From Candidatus Moraniibacteriota bacterium (lineage in GTDB: Bacteria; Patescibacteriota; Minisyncoccia; Moranbacterales; UBA2206): 64,000 nt of DNA. Position numbers and translations under genes: made by a program. The stretch covers positions 39,816 to 103,815 of the forward strand of contig JAAXWW010000001.1 in NCBI GenBank assembly GCA_013334765.1, read 5' to 3'. Each line of letters starts with the position of its first letter. Position 1 is the stretch's first letter. Shown piece by piece: positions 9,506 to 19,776 of this stretch. The notes beneath the pieces are model-generated. The model saw only the letters and a program-made list of their open reading frames with translations. It did not search any database and was not told the origin of the DNA.

Positions 9506-10792
9506 ATGATAAAGAAACTGACAGGATCGAAAGTCGAAATAACAAGGGAAATCCCGAGCGCTGTTTGGGAGAAATATATCGCGTCAGCTGTCAGCGACGC
9601 AGCCAGCGAATTCAAGTTCCAGGGGTTCCGCCCAGGGAAAGCTCCGAGGCATCTTGTGGAGCAGAAGGTCGGCAAGGACATCATCCTCAACAATGCCGCT
9701 GAAAAAGCTATCAGGAAAGACTATGTCGATTATGTCGTCGCTGAAAAGATGGACGTGATCGGAATGCCGGAAGTGAAGATCGTGAAGCTTACTGAAGGAG
9801 AGCCAATGACATATGAAGCACGGGTTGCGGTTATGCCGGAAATAAAGATCGATGCCAAATATAAGGACGAAGTGAAGAAGGTCAACGCTGAATTTTCCGG
9901 AAAGACTTTCGAAGCTGACGAAAAGGAAGTGGAGCTTGAGCTGGAAAGGCTTGCCAACAGCAGGGCGAAGCTGGTGACTGTCATGCGCGAGGCAAAAAAT
10001 GAAGACGCGGTCGAGATCGATTTCTCTGTCTTGGTCGGCGGCGTTCCTATTGAAGGAGGAACCAGCAAGAACCACGCGTTAGTTATCGGCAAAGGAGTTT
10101 TCATTCCTGGATTCGAAGAGAACCTGATCGGCATGAAAGAAGGGGATGAGAAAGAATTCGAACTCAGCTTTCCGAAAGACTATCACAAAGAAGATCTCAA
10201 GGGGAAACTCGCTACTTTCAAAGTGAAGATGAATATGGTTCAGGAGCGCGAGATTCCGAAAGTCGATGACGAGTTCGCCAAATCGCTCGGCAATTTCGAG
10301 AATCTTGAGGCGATCAAGAAGAATATGCGGGAAGGCATGGCGCATGAGAACGAGCATCGCATCAAAGAGGAAAGGAATGCCAAATATATCGAAGCCATGA
10401 TTGCCAATTTCAAAGGCGAGCTGCCGGAGACCATGATTTCCGAGGAGCTCAAGAAAATGATGCACGAATTCGAGCATCAAGTGGGCTCGATGGGCATGAC
10501 TATGGATGAATATCTTGCGCGCATCGGAAAGAAGAAATCGGACATGGAAAAAGACTGGAAGCCGCAGGCGGAGAAGAGGGTGAAATCAGCCTTGGCTCTT
10601 CGTGAAATCTCCAAGGAAGAATCGATCGAAGTCCCTCATGAAGAGATCGAAGCCGAGATGAATAAGACACTTCAATATTACAAGAGCGTCAAGAACGTCG
10701 AGAAGGACATCGATCTGGAAAGGCTCTATAATTACACGAAAGTGACTCTTGAAAACGACAAGGTGTTCGAAATGCTCGAGAAACTGAAATAG
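9506..10792 (+). CDS. tig: trigger factor
   Basis: GFRPGKAP ribosome-binding signature, FIPGFEENLIG FKBP domain. Confidence 0.96.
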   Translation: MIKKLTGSKVEITREIPSAVWEKYIASAVSDAASEFKFQGFRPGKAPRHLVEQKVGKDIILNNAAEKAIRKDYVDYVVAEKMDVIGMPEVKIVKLTEGEPMTYEARVAVMPEIKIDAKYKDEVKKVNAEFSGKTFEADEKEVELELERLANSRAKLVTVMREAKNEDAVEIDFSVLVGGVPIEGGTSKNHALVIGKGVFIPGFEENLIGMKEGDEKEFELSFPKDYHKEDLKGKLATFKVKMNMVQEREIPKVDDEFAKSLGNFENLEAIKKNMREGMAHENEHRIKEERNAKYIEAMIANFKGELPETMISEELKKMMHEFEHQVGSMGMTMDEYLARIGKKKSDMEKDWKPQAEKRVKSALALREISKEESIEVPHEEIEAEMNKTLQYYKSVKNVEKDIDLERLYNYTKVTLENDKVFEMLEKLK

Positions 10793-10852
10793 GCGCAGGA
10801 AATAGCAACGGATTGCATATAGAAACGCATAATCCATAACTGAATAAAAAAT

Positions 10853-11437
10853 ATGCAGAATCAATACCTTATCCCGACAGTCATCGAAAAAACCGGCTAT
10901 GGGGAGCGGGCCTATGACATATATTCGAGGCTTCTCAAGGACAGGATAATTTTTCTTGGCGGTCCGATCGATGATGTCTCGGCCAATAGCGTGATAGCTC
11001 AGCTGCTGTTCCTGGACTCCCAGAACGGCAAGGAAGATATCAAGCTCTATATCAATTCGCCAGGCGGATCAGTCACTTCAGCGCTCGCCATATATGACAC
11101 TATGCAATATGTGAGGGCTCAGGTCTCGACGATCTGTATCGGCATGGCAGCGTCGGCTGCAGCGCTTCTCCTGGCGTCAGGCGCCAAGGGGAAAAGGATA
11201 ATCCTGCCGAACGGGGAAGTCATGATCCATCAGGTGATGGGCGGAGCCCAGGGGCAAGCGACGGATATCGATATCCAAGCCCGCCATATCCTGAAGATCA
11301 AGGAGCGGCTCAATGAGATATTGTCCAAACACACCAAGCAATCGGTTGCCAAGGTGGCCAAAGATGCCGAGCGCGATTATTTCATGAGCGCCGAAGAGGC
11401 GAAAAAATACGGAATAGTGGACAAGATCATCAAATAG
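10853..11437 (+). CDS. clpP: ATP-dependent Clp protease proteolytic subunit
   Basis: [34 protein letters not shown]. Confidence 0.97.
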   Translation: MQNQYLIPTVIEKTGYGERAYDIYSRLLKDRIIFLGGPIDDVSANSVIAQLLFLDSQNGKEDIKLYINSPGGSVTSALAIYDTMQYVRAQVSTICIGMAASAAALLLASGAKGKRIILPNGEVMIHQVMGGAQGQATDIDIQARHILKIKERLNEILSKHTKQSVAKVAKDAERDYFMSAEEAKKYGIVDKIIK

Positions 11438-11456
11438 CCTTCATTGCTGTTCAGAA

Positions 11457-11492
11457 TAAAAAAAGCTTCCTTTCTTAAGGAAGCTTTTTTTA
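11457..11492. terminator. bidirectional terminator
   Basis: AAAAAAGCTTCCTT-TCTT-AAGGAAGCTTTTTT between clpP and gpmI. Confidence 0.85.
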
Positions 11493-11509
11493 TGTCTTGT
11501 TGCGAAGGG

Positions 11510-13069
11510 TTATTCCAATGCCTCGAGCAGGCTCTCCCCGGTCATTTCCTTGGGTTTTTCTATTTGCATGATGTCCAGGATGGTCGGGGATATATCGCTC
11601 AGGAGGCCGATTACTTTCGGTTCTCCCTGATCCCTTTTCTTTTCGGAATGGTTCTCGTTGGTGATGAACCAAAGCGGGACCGGGTTGGCGGAATGTTCGG
11701 TATCTTTCTCTCCAGTGTGGCGGTTTATCATCTCTTCGGCATTGCCATGGTCGGCCGTTATGAGCAGGCACCCGTTTTTCAAGAGGATCTCTTTGATCAA
11801 TCTCTCAAGGCAGGAATCGATCGTTTCGACGGCTTTTATAGCGGCCTGTTCGTTTCCGGTATGGCCGACGATATCGGCGTTGGCGAAATTGACCAAGACG
11901 AAATCGTATTTGTCTTTTTCCACCAGGCCGATGATCTTGTCGGTTATTTCATTCGCGCTCATTTCCGGCGCTTCGTCGAAGCTGCCCACGTTCTTCGACG
12001 GGATGATGACCCTGTCTTCTCCGGGATACGGTTCTTCGTTGCCTCCGTTGAAGAAATATGTGACATGGGCGAACTTTTCCGTCTCAGCGATTCTCAGCTG
12101 CTTCATCTTGTGATCAGCTAGGACTGACGCGAGGCACACCTTGACTTCGATAGGAGGGAAAGCGACTTCTGTCGGGAGGTCTTCCTCGTATTGGACCATT
12201 GTCGCGAACAGGATGTTCTTTCTCCGGCTGCATTTGAATTTGTCGAACCCCGGAACAACGAAGGCTTTCGTCATCTGACGCGCCCGGTCTTCGCGGAAGT
12301 TGAAGAAGATAACCGCGTCATTGTCTTTTATCTCTCCGATCGGCTGGCCGTTTTCAGTAACGGCAGCTGGCTCTATGTATTCGTCGAATATTTCCTTGGC
12401 ATATGACTTCTGGAGATAATCTATCGGGTCCTCGGTTGTCGGACCTTTGCCTTCGACTATGGAACAATACGATTTCTCGACCCTGTCCCAGTTGTTGTTG
12501 CGATCCATGCCATAATATCTTCCGCCGATGGTCGCTATGCGTCCGACTTTGTATAATGCTGTCCTGTTCTGCAGCTCTCTTAGGGTTTCTACTCCCGAGG
12601 TCGGAGGGGAGTCCCGTCCATCGATGAAGGCGTGGATGAATACCCGTTCCAATTTCTGATCGCGCATAAGCTCAAGAAGGGCATACAGGTGATCCAAATT
12701 GGAATGGATGCTGCCTTTTCCGACAAGGCCCATGATATGGAGGGCGCTTTTATTATCCTTGGCGTGATTGATGGCTTTCAGGAAGGCCGGGTTCTTGAAA
12801 AACTCCCCGCTTTGGATGGACATAGTTATGCGGGGAAGGCTTTGGTATATGACTTGCCCGGTTCCGAGCGATATGTGCCCGACTTCCGAGTTTCCCGGCT
12901 CTCCCCAGGGAAGGCCGACTGAGATGCCGGATGCCTGAATGGCGGCATGCGGATAGAACTCGTTCATTTTTTCGATGGTAGGCAATTCGGCTTCGGCGAT
13001 GGCGTTTCCGCGATCCTTGTCTCCTAGTCCCCATCCGTCCAGGACAACCAATACGACAGGTTTTTGCAT
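11510..13069 (-). CDS. gpmI: 2,3-bisphosphoglycerate-independent phosphoglycerate mutase
   Basis: LVVLDGWG, GNSEVGH, AETEKFAHVTYFFNGG, TADHGNAE. Confidence 0.96.
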   Translation of the reverse strand: MQKPVVLVVLDGWGLGDKDRGNAIAEAELPTIEKMNEFYPHAAIQASGISVGLPWGEPGNSEVGHISLGTGQVIYQSLPRITMSIQSGEFFKNPAFLKAINHAKDNKSALHIMGLVGKGSIHSNLDHLYALLELMRDQKLERVFIHAFIDGRDSPPTSGVETLRELQNRTALYKVGRIATIGGRYYGMDRNNNWDRVEKSYCSIVEGKGPTTEDPIDYLQKSYAKEIFDEYIEPAAVTENGQPIGEIKDNDAVIFFNFREDRARQMTKAFVVPGFDKFKCSRRKNILFATMVQYEEDLPTEVAFPPIEVKVCLASVLADHKMKQLRIAETEKFAHVTYFFNGGNEEPYPGEDRVIIPSKNVGSFDEAPEMSANEITDKIIGLVEKDKYDFVLVNFANADIVGHTGNEQAAIKAVETIDSCLERLIKEILLKNGCLLITADHGNAEEMINRHTGEKDTEHSANPVPLWFITNENHSEKKRDQGEPKVIGLLSDISPTILDIMQIEKPKEMTGESLLEALE

Positions 13070-13294
13070 ATGTTTGAATTGCTTGCGGCATTAATTCGGC
13101 TTATTGACCTAATGATACCATCCGGGAGCTTCTTTGACAAAACGGGTGCAGTATAATACCATATAAGGCGTATGTAATTCATAATAGCTGTCGGATTTAG
13201 TTGATAAATAATAAAGCAATTAGGCTAAAAAATGGAAATATTTGCTGAGGAAAGCTCGAAACTATGATTTATCAATTGAACAGAAAAAAAACAT

Positions 13295-14824
13295 ATGGGA
13301 ATAGCACTGATTCTTGGAATCGGCGTTTTGTCTTTGGCTATCGGTTCCGTTTCCGGTTATGCCATAAGGAAGTCGATTGCTAAAAAGCAGCTCGACACTG
13401 CCGAAGGTAAAGCGGAAAAGCTCGTAGACGAGGCAGAGAAGAAATCGAAGGAAATAGTCCTTGAAGCGAAGAACAAAGCTGTCGGAATACTTGAGGACAC
13501 GAAAAGGAAAGAAGAAGAGCGCGAGAAGCAGATTCTCCGCACAGAGGAGAGGTTGGAAAAAAGAGAGAGCGTGATCGACAGCAAGATGGCTGAAATCGAT
13601 CGCGGCAGGGCTGCTCTTGAGAAGAAGGCTGAGGAGATCAGGAATATCAGGAAGGAAGTAGAGCAGATAAAAGAACAGGAACTCAAAAGGCTTGAAAAAA
13701 TAGCCGGCCTTTCGCAGGAGGCGGCAAAGCAGATCCTTCTTCAGCTCACTGAAGAGGAAAATCGTGACCTGGTTGCCAAGAGAATGAAACAGCTGGAGGC
13801 GGCCGGAAGCATTGAGCTTGAGAAGAAAGCGCGTGACATAATGACCCAAGCGATTCAGAAATATGCTGGCTCGCACGCAGCGGATGTGACCACCAGCACG
13901 GTGGCTATCCCGTCTGACGAAGTCAAAGGACGAATTATCGGACGCGAAGGAAGGAATATCAAAGCACTTGAAAGGCTCACGGGAATCGAGATCATCGTCG
14001 ATGACACGCCGGAAGCGATTGTCATTTCAGGCTTCGATCCGGTGAGGCGCGAAATCGCCAGGATCGCTCTTGAGAAGCTGGTTTCGGACGGAAGGATCCA
14101 TCCGACCAAGATCGAAGAAGCGGTCGAGTTCGCCAAATCGGAAATCAACAACAAGGTCCGCGAGGCCGGAGAAGCGGCTGCCTATGATGTCGGAGTCGCC
14201 GGGCTGGATCCGAAGCTTGTCAGCATCCTCGGACGCCTTCGCTATAGGACAAGCTATGGACAGAACGCTCTCCTGCATTCTTTGGAGGTGGCTCACCTTT
14301 CAGGCGCGCTGGCAGCTGAGCTCGGAGCGGACGTCAATCTCGCCAAGCGGGCAGGGCTTCTCCATGACATCGGAAAAGCGGTAGATCATGAGGTGCAGGG
14401 CACGCATGTCGAAATCGGCATCAAGATCCTTGAGAAGTTCAAGATCGGCAAGGAAATCATCAACGCGATGAAATCCCATCACGAGGATTATCCTTTCGAG
14501 TCACCGGAATCCATGATCATCTCGGCGGCCGATGCGATTTCTGCCAGCCGTCCCGGAGCAAGGAAAGACACTCTTGAAAACTATCTGAAACGTCTGGGCG
14601 AGCTCGAAGGAGTCGCTAATTCTTTCGAAGAAGTGGAAAAAACCTATGCTATCCAAGCCGGGCGCGAAATCAGGGTGTTCGTGAAGCCGGAGAAGGTGGA
14701 TGATCTGGGCGCGATAAAGCTGGCCCGTTCCATCGCTGACAAGATCGAGAAAGAACTCAAATATCCAGGCGAAATCAAGGTCAATGTCATCCGCGAAACG
14801 AGGGTTACCGAGTTCGCCAGATAG
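13295..14824 (+). CDS. rny: ribonuclease Y
   Basis: N-terminal TM, coiled coil, KGRIIGREGRNI KH domain, LLHDIGK HD domain. Confidence 0.97.
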   Translation: MGIALILGIGVLSLAIGSVSGYAIRKSIAKKQLDTAEGKAEKLVDEAEKKSKEIVLEAKNKAVGILEDTKRKEEEREKQILRTEERLEKRESVIDSKMAEIDRGRAALEKKAEEIRNIRKEVEQIKEQELKRLEKIAGLSQEAAKQILLQLTEEENRDLVAKRMKQLEAAGSIELEKKARDIMTQAIQKYAGSHAADVTTSTVAIPSDEVKGRIIGREGRNIKALERLTGIEIIVDDTPEAIVISGFDPVRREIARIALEKLVSDGRIHPTKIEEAVEFAKSEINNKVREAGEAAAYDVGVAGLDPKLVSILGRLRYRTSYGQNALLHSLEVAHLSGALAAELGADVNLAKRAGLLHDIGKAVDHEVQGTHVEIGIKILEKFKIGKEIINAMKSHHEDYPFESPESMIISAADAISASRPGARKDTLENYLKRLGELEGVANSFEEVEKTYAIQAGREIRVFVKPEKVDDLGAIKLARSIADKIEKELKYPGEIKVNVIRETRVTEFAR

Positions 14825-14914
14825 CCTTGGAATGCCATTTGCCTTATGTAAGGGAAAAGGAGTAAAATAGAAGGGTAGATAAGACAAAAATATTTTTTGA
14901 AAGGAGGTGAAGTT

Positions 14915-15199
14915 ATGGCTAAAAACATGAACAAGGATATGCTCGTGAGTTCGATCAATGAGAAGACCGATCTTTCCAAGAAGGACATCGAGTTGGTTAT
15001 CGACACTATGACTGACGTCATCACTAAAGCTCTTCAGGGAGGGGACAAGGTCACTTTCACAGGATTCGGCACTTTCAGGATTTCTGACCGCGCTGCCCGC
15101 GAAGGCATCAATCCTCAGACCAAAGAGAAAATCCAGATTCCTGCTATGAAAGTCCCTAAGTTTACTGCTGGGAAGGCTCTCAAGGAAGCTGTCAAATAA
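14915..15199 (+). CDS. hup: DNA-binding protein HU
   Basis: AAGGAGGTGA RBS; GFGTF...RAAREGINPQT...VPKF. Confidence 0.95.
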   Translation: MAKNMNKDMLVSSINEKTDLSKKDIELVIDTMTDVITKALQGGDKVTFTGFGTFRISDRAAREGINPQTKEKIQIPAMKVPKFTAGKALKEAVK

Positions 15200-15421
15200 T
15201 TTTCTGGGAAAGACGCGCTTTTGATCCGGAACCGCTTTGGCGGCCGGATGATAGAAACAAAAACCCGCCCCTATCGTTAGGGCGGGTTTTCGTTTCCCGA
15301 TGCTTCTTCTGGAACGAAACGCCCGGGTTATTGACTTAAATATGATTTGCAGGTACCATATCTAGTGTTCGGGAAACAGGAAGGCAGGCGGCGATAGGCA
15401 TACTTTCTGGCCAGTGAACAG

Positions 15422-15492
15422 CGGGATGTGGTGTAGTGGTAGCACGATTGGTTTGGGACCATTTAGCCCGAGTTCGACTCTCGGCATCCCGA
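15422..15492 (+). tRNA. tRNA-Pro(TGG)
   Basis: CGGGATG/CATCCCG acceptor stem, TTTGGGA anticodon loop, GTTCGACTC T-loop. Confidence 0.9.
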
Positions 15493-15565
15493 CAGGGGTT
15501 TGTGTTTATTGAAAAATGGTTTTTGGGTTTCTATGAAAGAAGTCGAGCTAAGGCTCGGCGAAAGT

Positions 15566-15680
15566 CTCCTTCGCGACCATCAGCGGGCTTTGCCCGCGTG
15601 CCGTCGCTGTGATGAGACGAAGGCCTCCTTCGCGCCTTCCTAGCGGGCTTTGCCCGCTGGAAGCCGCTACGGCGGCTGAA
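15566..15680. repeat. tandem GC-rich palindromic units upstream of tRNA-Gly
   Basis: Two copies of CTCCTTCGCG..AGCGGGCTTTGCCCGC. Confidence 0.7.
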
Positions 15681-15681
15681 A

Positions 15682-15756
15682 GCGGGTGTCGTATAGTGGC
15701 TATTATATCAGCCTTCCAAGCTGAGGAGGGGGGTTCGATTCCCCCTACCCGCTCCA
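15682..15756 (+). tRNA. tRNA-Gly(TCC)
   Basis: GCGGGTG acceptor, TCAGC-CTTCCAA-GCTGA anticodon arm, GGTTCGATTCC, encoded CCA. Confidence 0.95.
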
Positions 15757-17510
15757 AGGACAATTTCTTGCCCCGAAACACCTAGAACAGATTGAAGAAT
15801 ATCTTGGGGCAACTTCAATTTAATATGAAGACGGAAAGGGATCATTTGATCCTTTTTTCGTTTCCCAGCGATGATGTCGGCATTCTCTACTGGTCGAGAA
15901 TATACAACGATTTCATCAATGAGAGAATGCAGTAGCGTGTAAGTATCAGCTCTGTTTTCTGCTATGTTGTCGAGAGTATGGATATATTTTTGAGAAAACA
16001 GCTCCAGAGTCTTTTCATAACCCTGCGAAAGTGAATTTTCGGAAATTCGGCGGTCAATTTCTTCAATATCTTTTTTATATTTTATTTCAACATCATTCAA
16101 TTCCTTATATCGCCTGCCAAGTTCTGTTCCATCTATTACGCTCAAAGAGTGTTGCTCTCTCAATCTCTCCTTACGATTTGGAAGAGCATTTATCAATTTA
16201 GCCATTCCTTCACGTTGCATGCTTAACTGCTTCAATGCGACTCTTGATGATTGCAGTTTTCTTTGATGATTATAGGTTGCAAGAGGATTTGCCAAAAGCC
16301 TTTTACTGAAGCCTACTATATACTCTTCTATTTCTTTAGCAGGCAGTGGTATAGTATGACAAGTTGTTGAATACTTGCTAGGGTTTTTCTTTCCGCACTT
16401 ATATGAATATGTGAATTTATTACTGCCTTTTTTAAGTTCCTTTCTATCGCCAACCCAGTGCATCATTCCGGTTTTTTCTTCAGGGTTGTGGCATGCGTCG
16501 CAAGTCAAAAGGCCACTAAGAAGATAGATGTGTCCACTTTTTGTTTTTTTCTTTTCGTGTTTGGAAGACTTCAACAAACGTTGCGTTTTTTCAAATGTTA
16601 AAGGGTCGATAATTATTGGGAATTGAAATTCTCCAAGTTTCCATTCTTCTTTTGAAAGTTGTTTGCCTTTTTTCTTCTTATCATAATAGTATTTTCCGAT
16701 ATAAATTTCGTCTTGCAAAATCAATCTTATTCTTTCGGGTCTCCAAAAATTGTGCGGATTTTTCTTTTTTGTTTCACCGCTTTTTTTCTTGTGCAAAATT
16801 GCAGAGGCTTCTGGCGAAGGGTTTCCTGCGGAAGTCAGATGAGCTGCAATTTCATATGCACTTTTTTTCTCATTCAAAAACATATTGAAAATAAGCCTTA
16901 CAATAACTGCTTCCTCTTCAAGAATTTCCAAGTGCTTGTCCTTATTTTTAATGTATCCAAATACTGCAAACGAACCCATTGGGATCCCACTTTTTATTGC
17001 TTGGTTTCTGCCATCCTGAGTGCGTTGCTTTATGGTCTCAACTTCAAGCTCTGCTATTATTCCGACAATGCCAAAAATTGCCTTACCAAAAGGTGTTGTG
17101 GTGTCTATGCTTTCATTTGCTGAAATAAATTTAACACCAATTTCATCAAAAAAATCAACGATATTCAAAAGGATTTTTAGTCTTCTGGCAAAACGATCTA
17201 TTTTATATACTGCTACAACATCAAATGGCCTGTTGTCTTTCGGTGCCATTGTTAAATCCTCCATGAGCTGTGCAAAGGCTGGTCTTTCTTCGATGGGAAT
17301 TGTTCCGCTAACTCCATCGTCAATATAGATATGCTTTTCTCCTGCAAGGCTCCAAACTCCACTGCCATCTTCAAGTTTACCTTTTGACTTAATAAGATTC
17401 AAAAGGGCTTCTTTTTGCATATCTAAGCCATATTTTTCAGCCTGTTCATCGGTTGATACTCTAATATAAAGAGCGACTCTTAGGCTTTCTGGATTTGTAT
17501 TTGTTTGCAT
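15708..17510 (-). CDS. large serine recombinase (integrase)
   Basis: YIRVSTDEQ catalytic Ser, DDGVSG, RPAF, YKIDRFAR, recombinase domain, LLSGLLTCDAC zinc ribbon, coiled coil. Confidence 0.93.
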   Translation of the reverse strand: MQTNTNPESLRVALYIRVSTDEQAEKYGLDMQKEALLNLIKSKGKLEDGSGVWSLAGEKHIYIDDGVSGTIPIEERPAFAQLMEDLTMAPKDNRPFDVVAVYKIDRFARRLKILLNIVDFFDEIGVKFISANESIDTTTPFGKAIFGIVGIIAELEVETIKQRTQDGRNQAIKSGIPMGSFAVFGYIKNKDKHLEILEEEAVIVRLIFNMFLNEKKSAYEIAAHLTSAGNPSPEASAILHKKKSGETKKKNPHNFWRPERIRLILQDEIYIGKYYYDKKKKGKQLSKEEWKLGEFQFPIIIDPLTFEKTQRLLKSSKHEKKKTKSGHIYLLSGLLTCDACHNPEEKTGMMHWVGDRKELKKGSNKFTYSYKCGKKNPSKYSTTCHTIPLPAKEIEEYIVGFSKRLLANPLATYNHQRKLQSSRVALKQLSMQREGMAKLINALPNRKERLREQHSLSVIDGTELGRRYKELNDVEIKYKKDIEEIDRRISENSLSQGYEKTLELFSQKYIHTLDNIAENRADTYTLLHSLIDEIVVYSRPVENADIIAGKRKKDQMIPFRLHIKLKLPQDILQSVLGVSGQEIVLGAGRGNRTPLLSLEG

Positions 17511-17750
17511 AAAGTTATAACAAGTAAAAGGTACGAATAGGTATAAGTAACGGAGGGAGGCATTTTTTGTATTTATAGCTTAACCGCCTTTGCCTAAGAA
17601 ATTGAAAAATGAATATAAAAAACAGCCAAAAAGACTGACGGGATAAAGACTAAAATTTTATAGTTTTTCCAAAACATTCAATTACAACTAAAATATAAAC
17701 CTACTTTTAAAGTAAGACTTATCTTAGATAAATGCAAGACCCCACAGATC

Positions 17751-18374
17751 TTAATACTTTATGATTTTGTTAATGGCAGCAGAAGAATCATCAACACCTT
17801 TTAAATAAATTGAAAATTGATGAAATCCAGTGTTGGCATTTTTAATATATTCTCCCACAAAGTGCTTGCCGACATAAGCAGAATCCGCATTCGTAGCATT
17901 AGCAATATTTGGCTGTATCGTTGCTGATTTTTTGTCCGTATGAATAAAAATAAAAGCACTGCGTTCATTTTGCATATCATCTTTGATTGTTTGCCCCAAA
18001 GCTGTCATATCGTCAAAATTGAGATATTTAGGATCAATGACTATCCTTTCGCCAGTTCCGCCGTCGGGAATGCTCCATTTTTGAACCACTTCGTAAGGAA
18101 TTTTTTTGCTGGCCTGGGTTATAGGATTGCTGCTTTTATTATTGTTTGCTTGTGGCCGATTGGGTTGGCTTTTTGTTGCAGCTATAATTGAAGATATTAT
18201 TGGAATCCCAATCAAAATAACCAAAATTAGGACAAGCCAAGGCAGACAACCTTTTTTCTTTTTTATTACCACTTCCATTGGCTGCTGATTTTTTCCGGAA
18301 AGATCGCTTCCGCAATGTTTGCATTTGATTGCTTCGTCCTGAATTTCTTCAGAACAAAAAGAACACTTTTTCAT
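17751..18374 (-). CDS. zinc-ribbon membrane protein
   Basis: MKKCSFCSEEIQDEAIKCKHCG double CxxC, one TM helix, C-terminal soluble domain. Confidence 0.8.
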   Translation of the reverse strand: MKKCSFCSEEIQDEAIKCKHCGSDLSGKNQQPMEVVIKKKKGCLPWLVLILVILIGIPIISSIIAATKSQPNRPQANNNKSSNPITQASKKIPYEVVQKWSIPDGGTGERIVIDPKYLNFDDMTALGQTIKDDMQNERSAFIFIHTDKKSATIQPNIANATNADSAYVGKHFVGEYIKNANTGFHQFSIYLKGVDDSSAAINKIIKY

Positions 18375-18417
18375 AGACTTTTCGTTTAATTTTTAAAGTG
18401 CTGGTCGGGATACACAA

Positions 18418-18512
18418 AACCCCGTGCCAGCTAGGTCTTGCGACCCTATATCCGTTTCCAGATATAGCCCAATCACGAGTTGCTGAACGCGGGGTTCAGT
18501 GTCGTGATTGGG
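18418..18512 (-). ncRNA. candidate pseudoknotted structured RNA in the leader of the zinc-ribbon gene
   Basis: 11-bp stem, long pseudoknot pairing, and two hairpins with GAAA and GCAA tetraloops on the minus strand. Confidence 0.65.
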
Positions 18513-19023
18513 TCTTGTATGCCATACCGTAAAATTTTACTTCTACGGGTTAGGCAAATTAAATTGTAACCTTATTATGCCTTATAACTGCCGAAAAGGC
18601 AAAATTTGGCTATTTTTTGACTGCTAAGAAAGGAAATGCTCTAATATGGGCAATCCTACCAAATTACTGATTAGCTCCCTTAAGGCCTAGTCAGGGAGTC
18701 TAGGAGTGAAAAACAGACGGTAATTTTTATCCAAACAAATAGTTTATTTTTGTCCGCTCGTGTCCGTTTATTTTTTTCCAAATCTGTCCCTCTTGATCCG
18801 TTTTTATTTTATACTAAATTAGGCTTATCTTGGCTCAACTCAGGGATTATTAGCACATTTTACTAAATTGAATTATTTTACTGTCCAAATGAACAAAGGA
18901 ACATAAAAAAATGATGTAAAACTGGATAAAAATAGGGCGGAAGTTTTTTCTGACAACTCTGTCAAATTGACTTCCGCCCTATAATATTTACAAATATGAT
19001 GTCTGCTATACTGGCAACATCGT

Positions 19024-19467
19024 TTAGTCTTTGGATTTATCAAATAGAAAGTGGAGCAGCTGTTCATTTTCCTCCTCCATTGAACTGATTGCTACACTAA
19101 GGGGCTGTCTTTTTGGACCAAGATCTATAACAGGATTAACTGAACCATAAAAATAAAAACCTATATTATTATCAGACTTTTTCTTGCTAGCATCCTTTCT
19201 AAAATAAACCTCAAGACCTTCTTCTTCAATTTTGTGTTTTTTAGCAAAATTATCGAATGTCTTAATTATAAAATCAGAAAATTCCAGTTGAGTTATGCCC
19301 CCTTCTAAACTTATAACAAATCTTCTTCTAGTCTTAGGTTTAAGATTATCAGATGAAAAATTCACCAGTTCTTCGTTAGAACTATATTTTTCAATAGCTT
19401 CACTGGTATCATTTGGTTTTTTATTATCTAAATGCTTACTATTTCGACTGTGTTGCGTTTTTGCCAT
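19024..19467 (-). CDS. hypothetical protein
   Basis: 147-aa ORF in an AT-rich island; no recognised motif. Confidence 0.55.
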   Translation of the reverse strand: MAKTQHSRNSKHLDNKKPNDTSEAIEKYSSNEELVNFSSDNLKPKTRRRFVISLEGGITQLEFSDFIIKTFDNFAKKHKIEEEGLEVYFRKDASKKKSDNNIGFYFYGSVNPVIDLGPKRQPLSVAISSMEEENEQLLHFLFDKSKD

Positions 19468-19541
19468 AAAAGTGACGATTTTATGCGATTTGATTATTAA
19501 CGCCTATACGGTGAATTTCTTTGTCTATATTGTAGCATATC

Positions 19542-19595
19542 AAGATTAAATTGTATTTTTCATTGATATTTATATTGTGGGGTAGAAATTTGCCG
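19542..19595 (+). repeat. direct repeat, copy 1 (~53 bp)
   Basis: AAGATTAAATTGTATTTTTCATTGATATTTATATTGTGGGGTAGAAATTTGCCG. Confidence 0.85.
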
Positions 19596-19776
19596 ATCCA
19601 AAAATTTCTCATTTTGCAACCTAACGAAGCCTAACTTTTTTAATATAAAAATTCTATTTTAATTGTATTATGTCATACAACGTCAAGATATTATTGGAAT
19701 GTTGATTTTTTAGTATAGCTGTGCTTTATTAGATTAAGGTCTTGGTAAACACATTATAATAATGTATAATAATAAT

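Noticed and set aside
11444-12121. 225-aa plus-strand ORF, and many similar long antisense ORFs over rpoBC, ftsK, fusA and ribosomal genes
   Set aside because: Shadow frames opposite well-supported genes.
15365-15420. Hairpin upstream of tRNA-Pro considered as SRP or another ncRNA
   Set aside because: Lacks the SRP helix-8 motif; weak pairing only.
17600-17680. 27-codon hydrophobic minus-strand ORF upstream of the recombinase
   Set aside because: Too short, no RBS, and expected by chance in AT-rich DNA.
18418-18512. HDV-like/theta ribozyme assignment
   Set aside because: Topology lacks the nested P3/P1.1 arrangement; kept as an unassigned pseudoknot.
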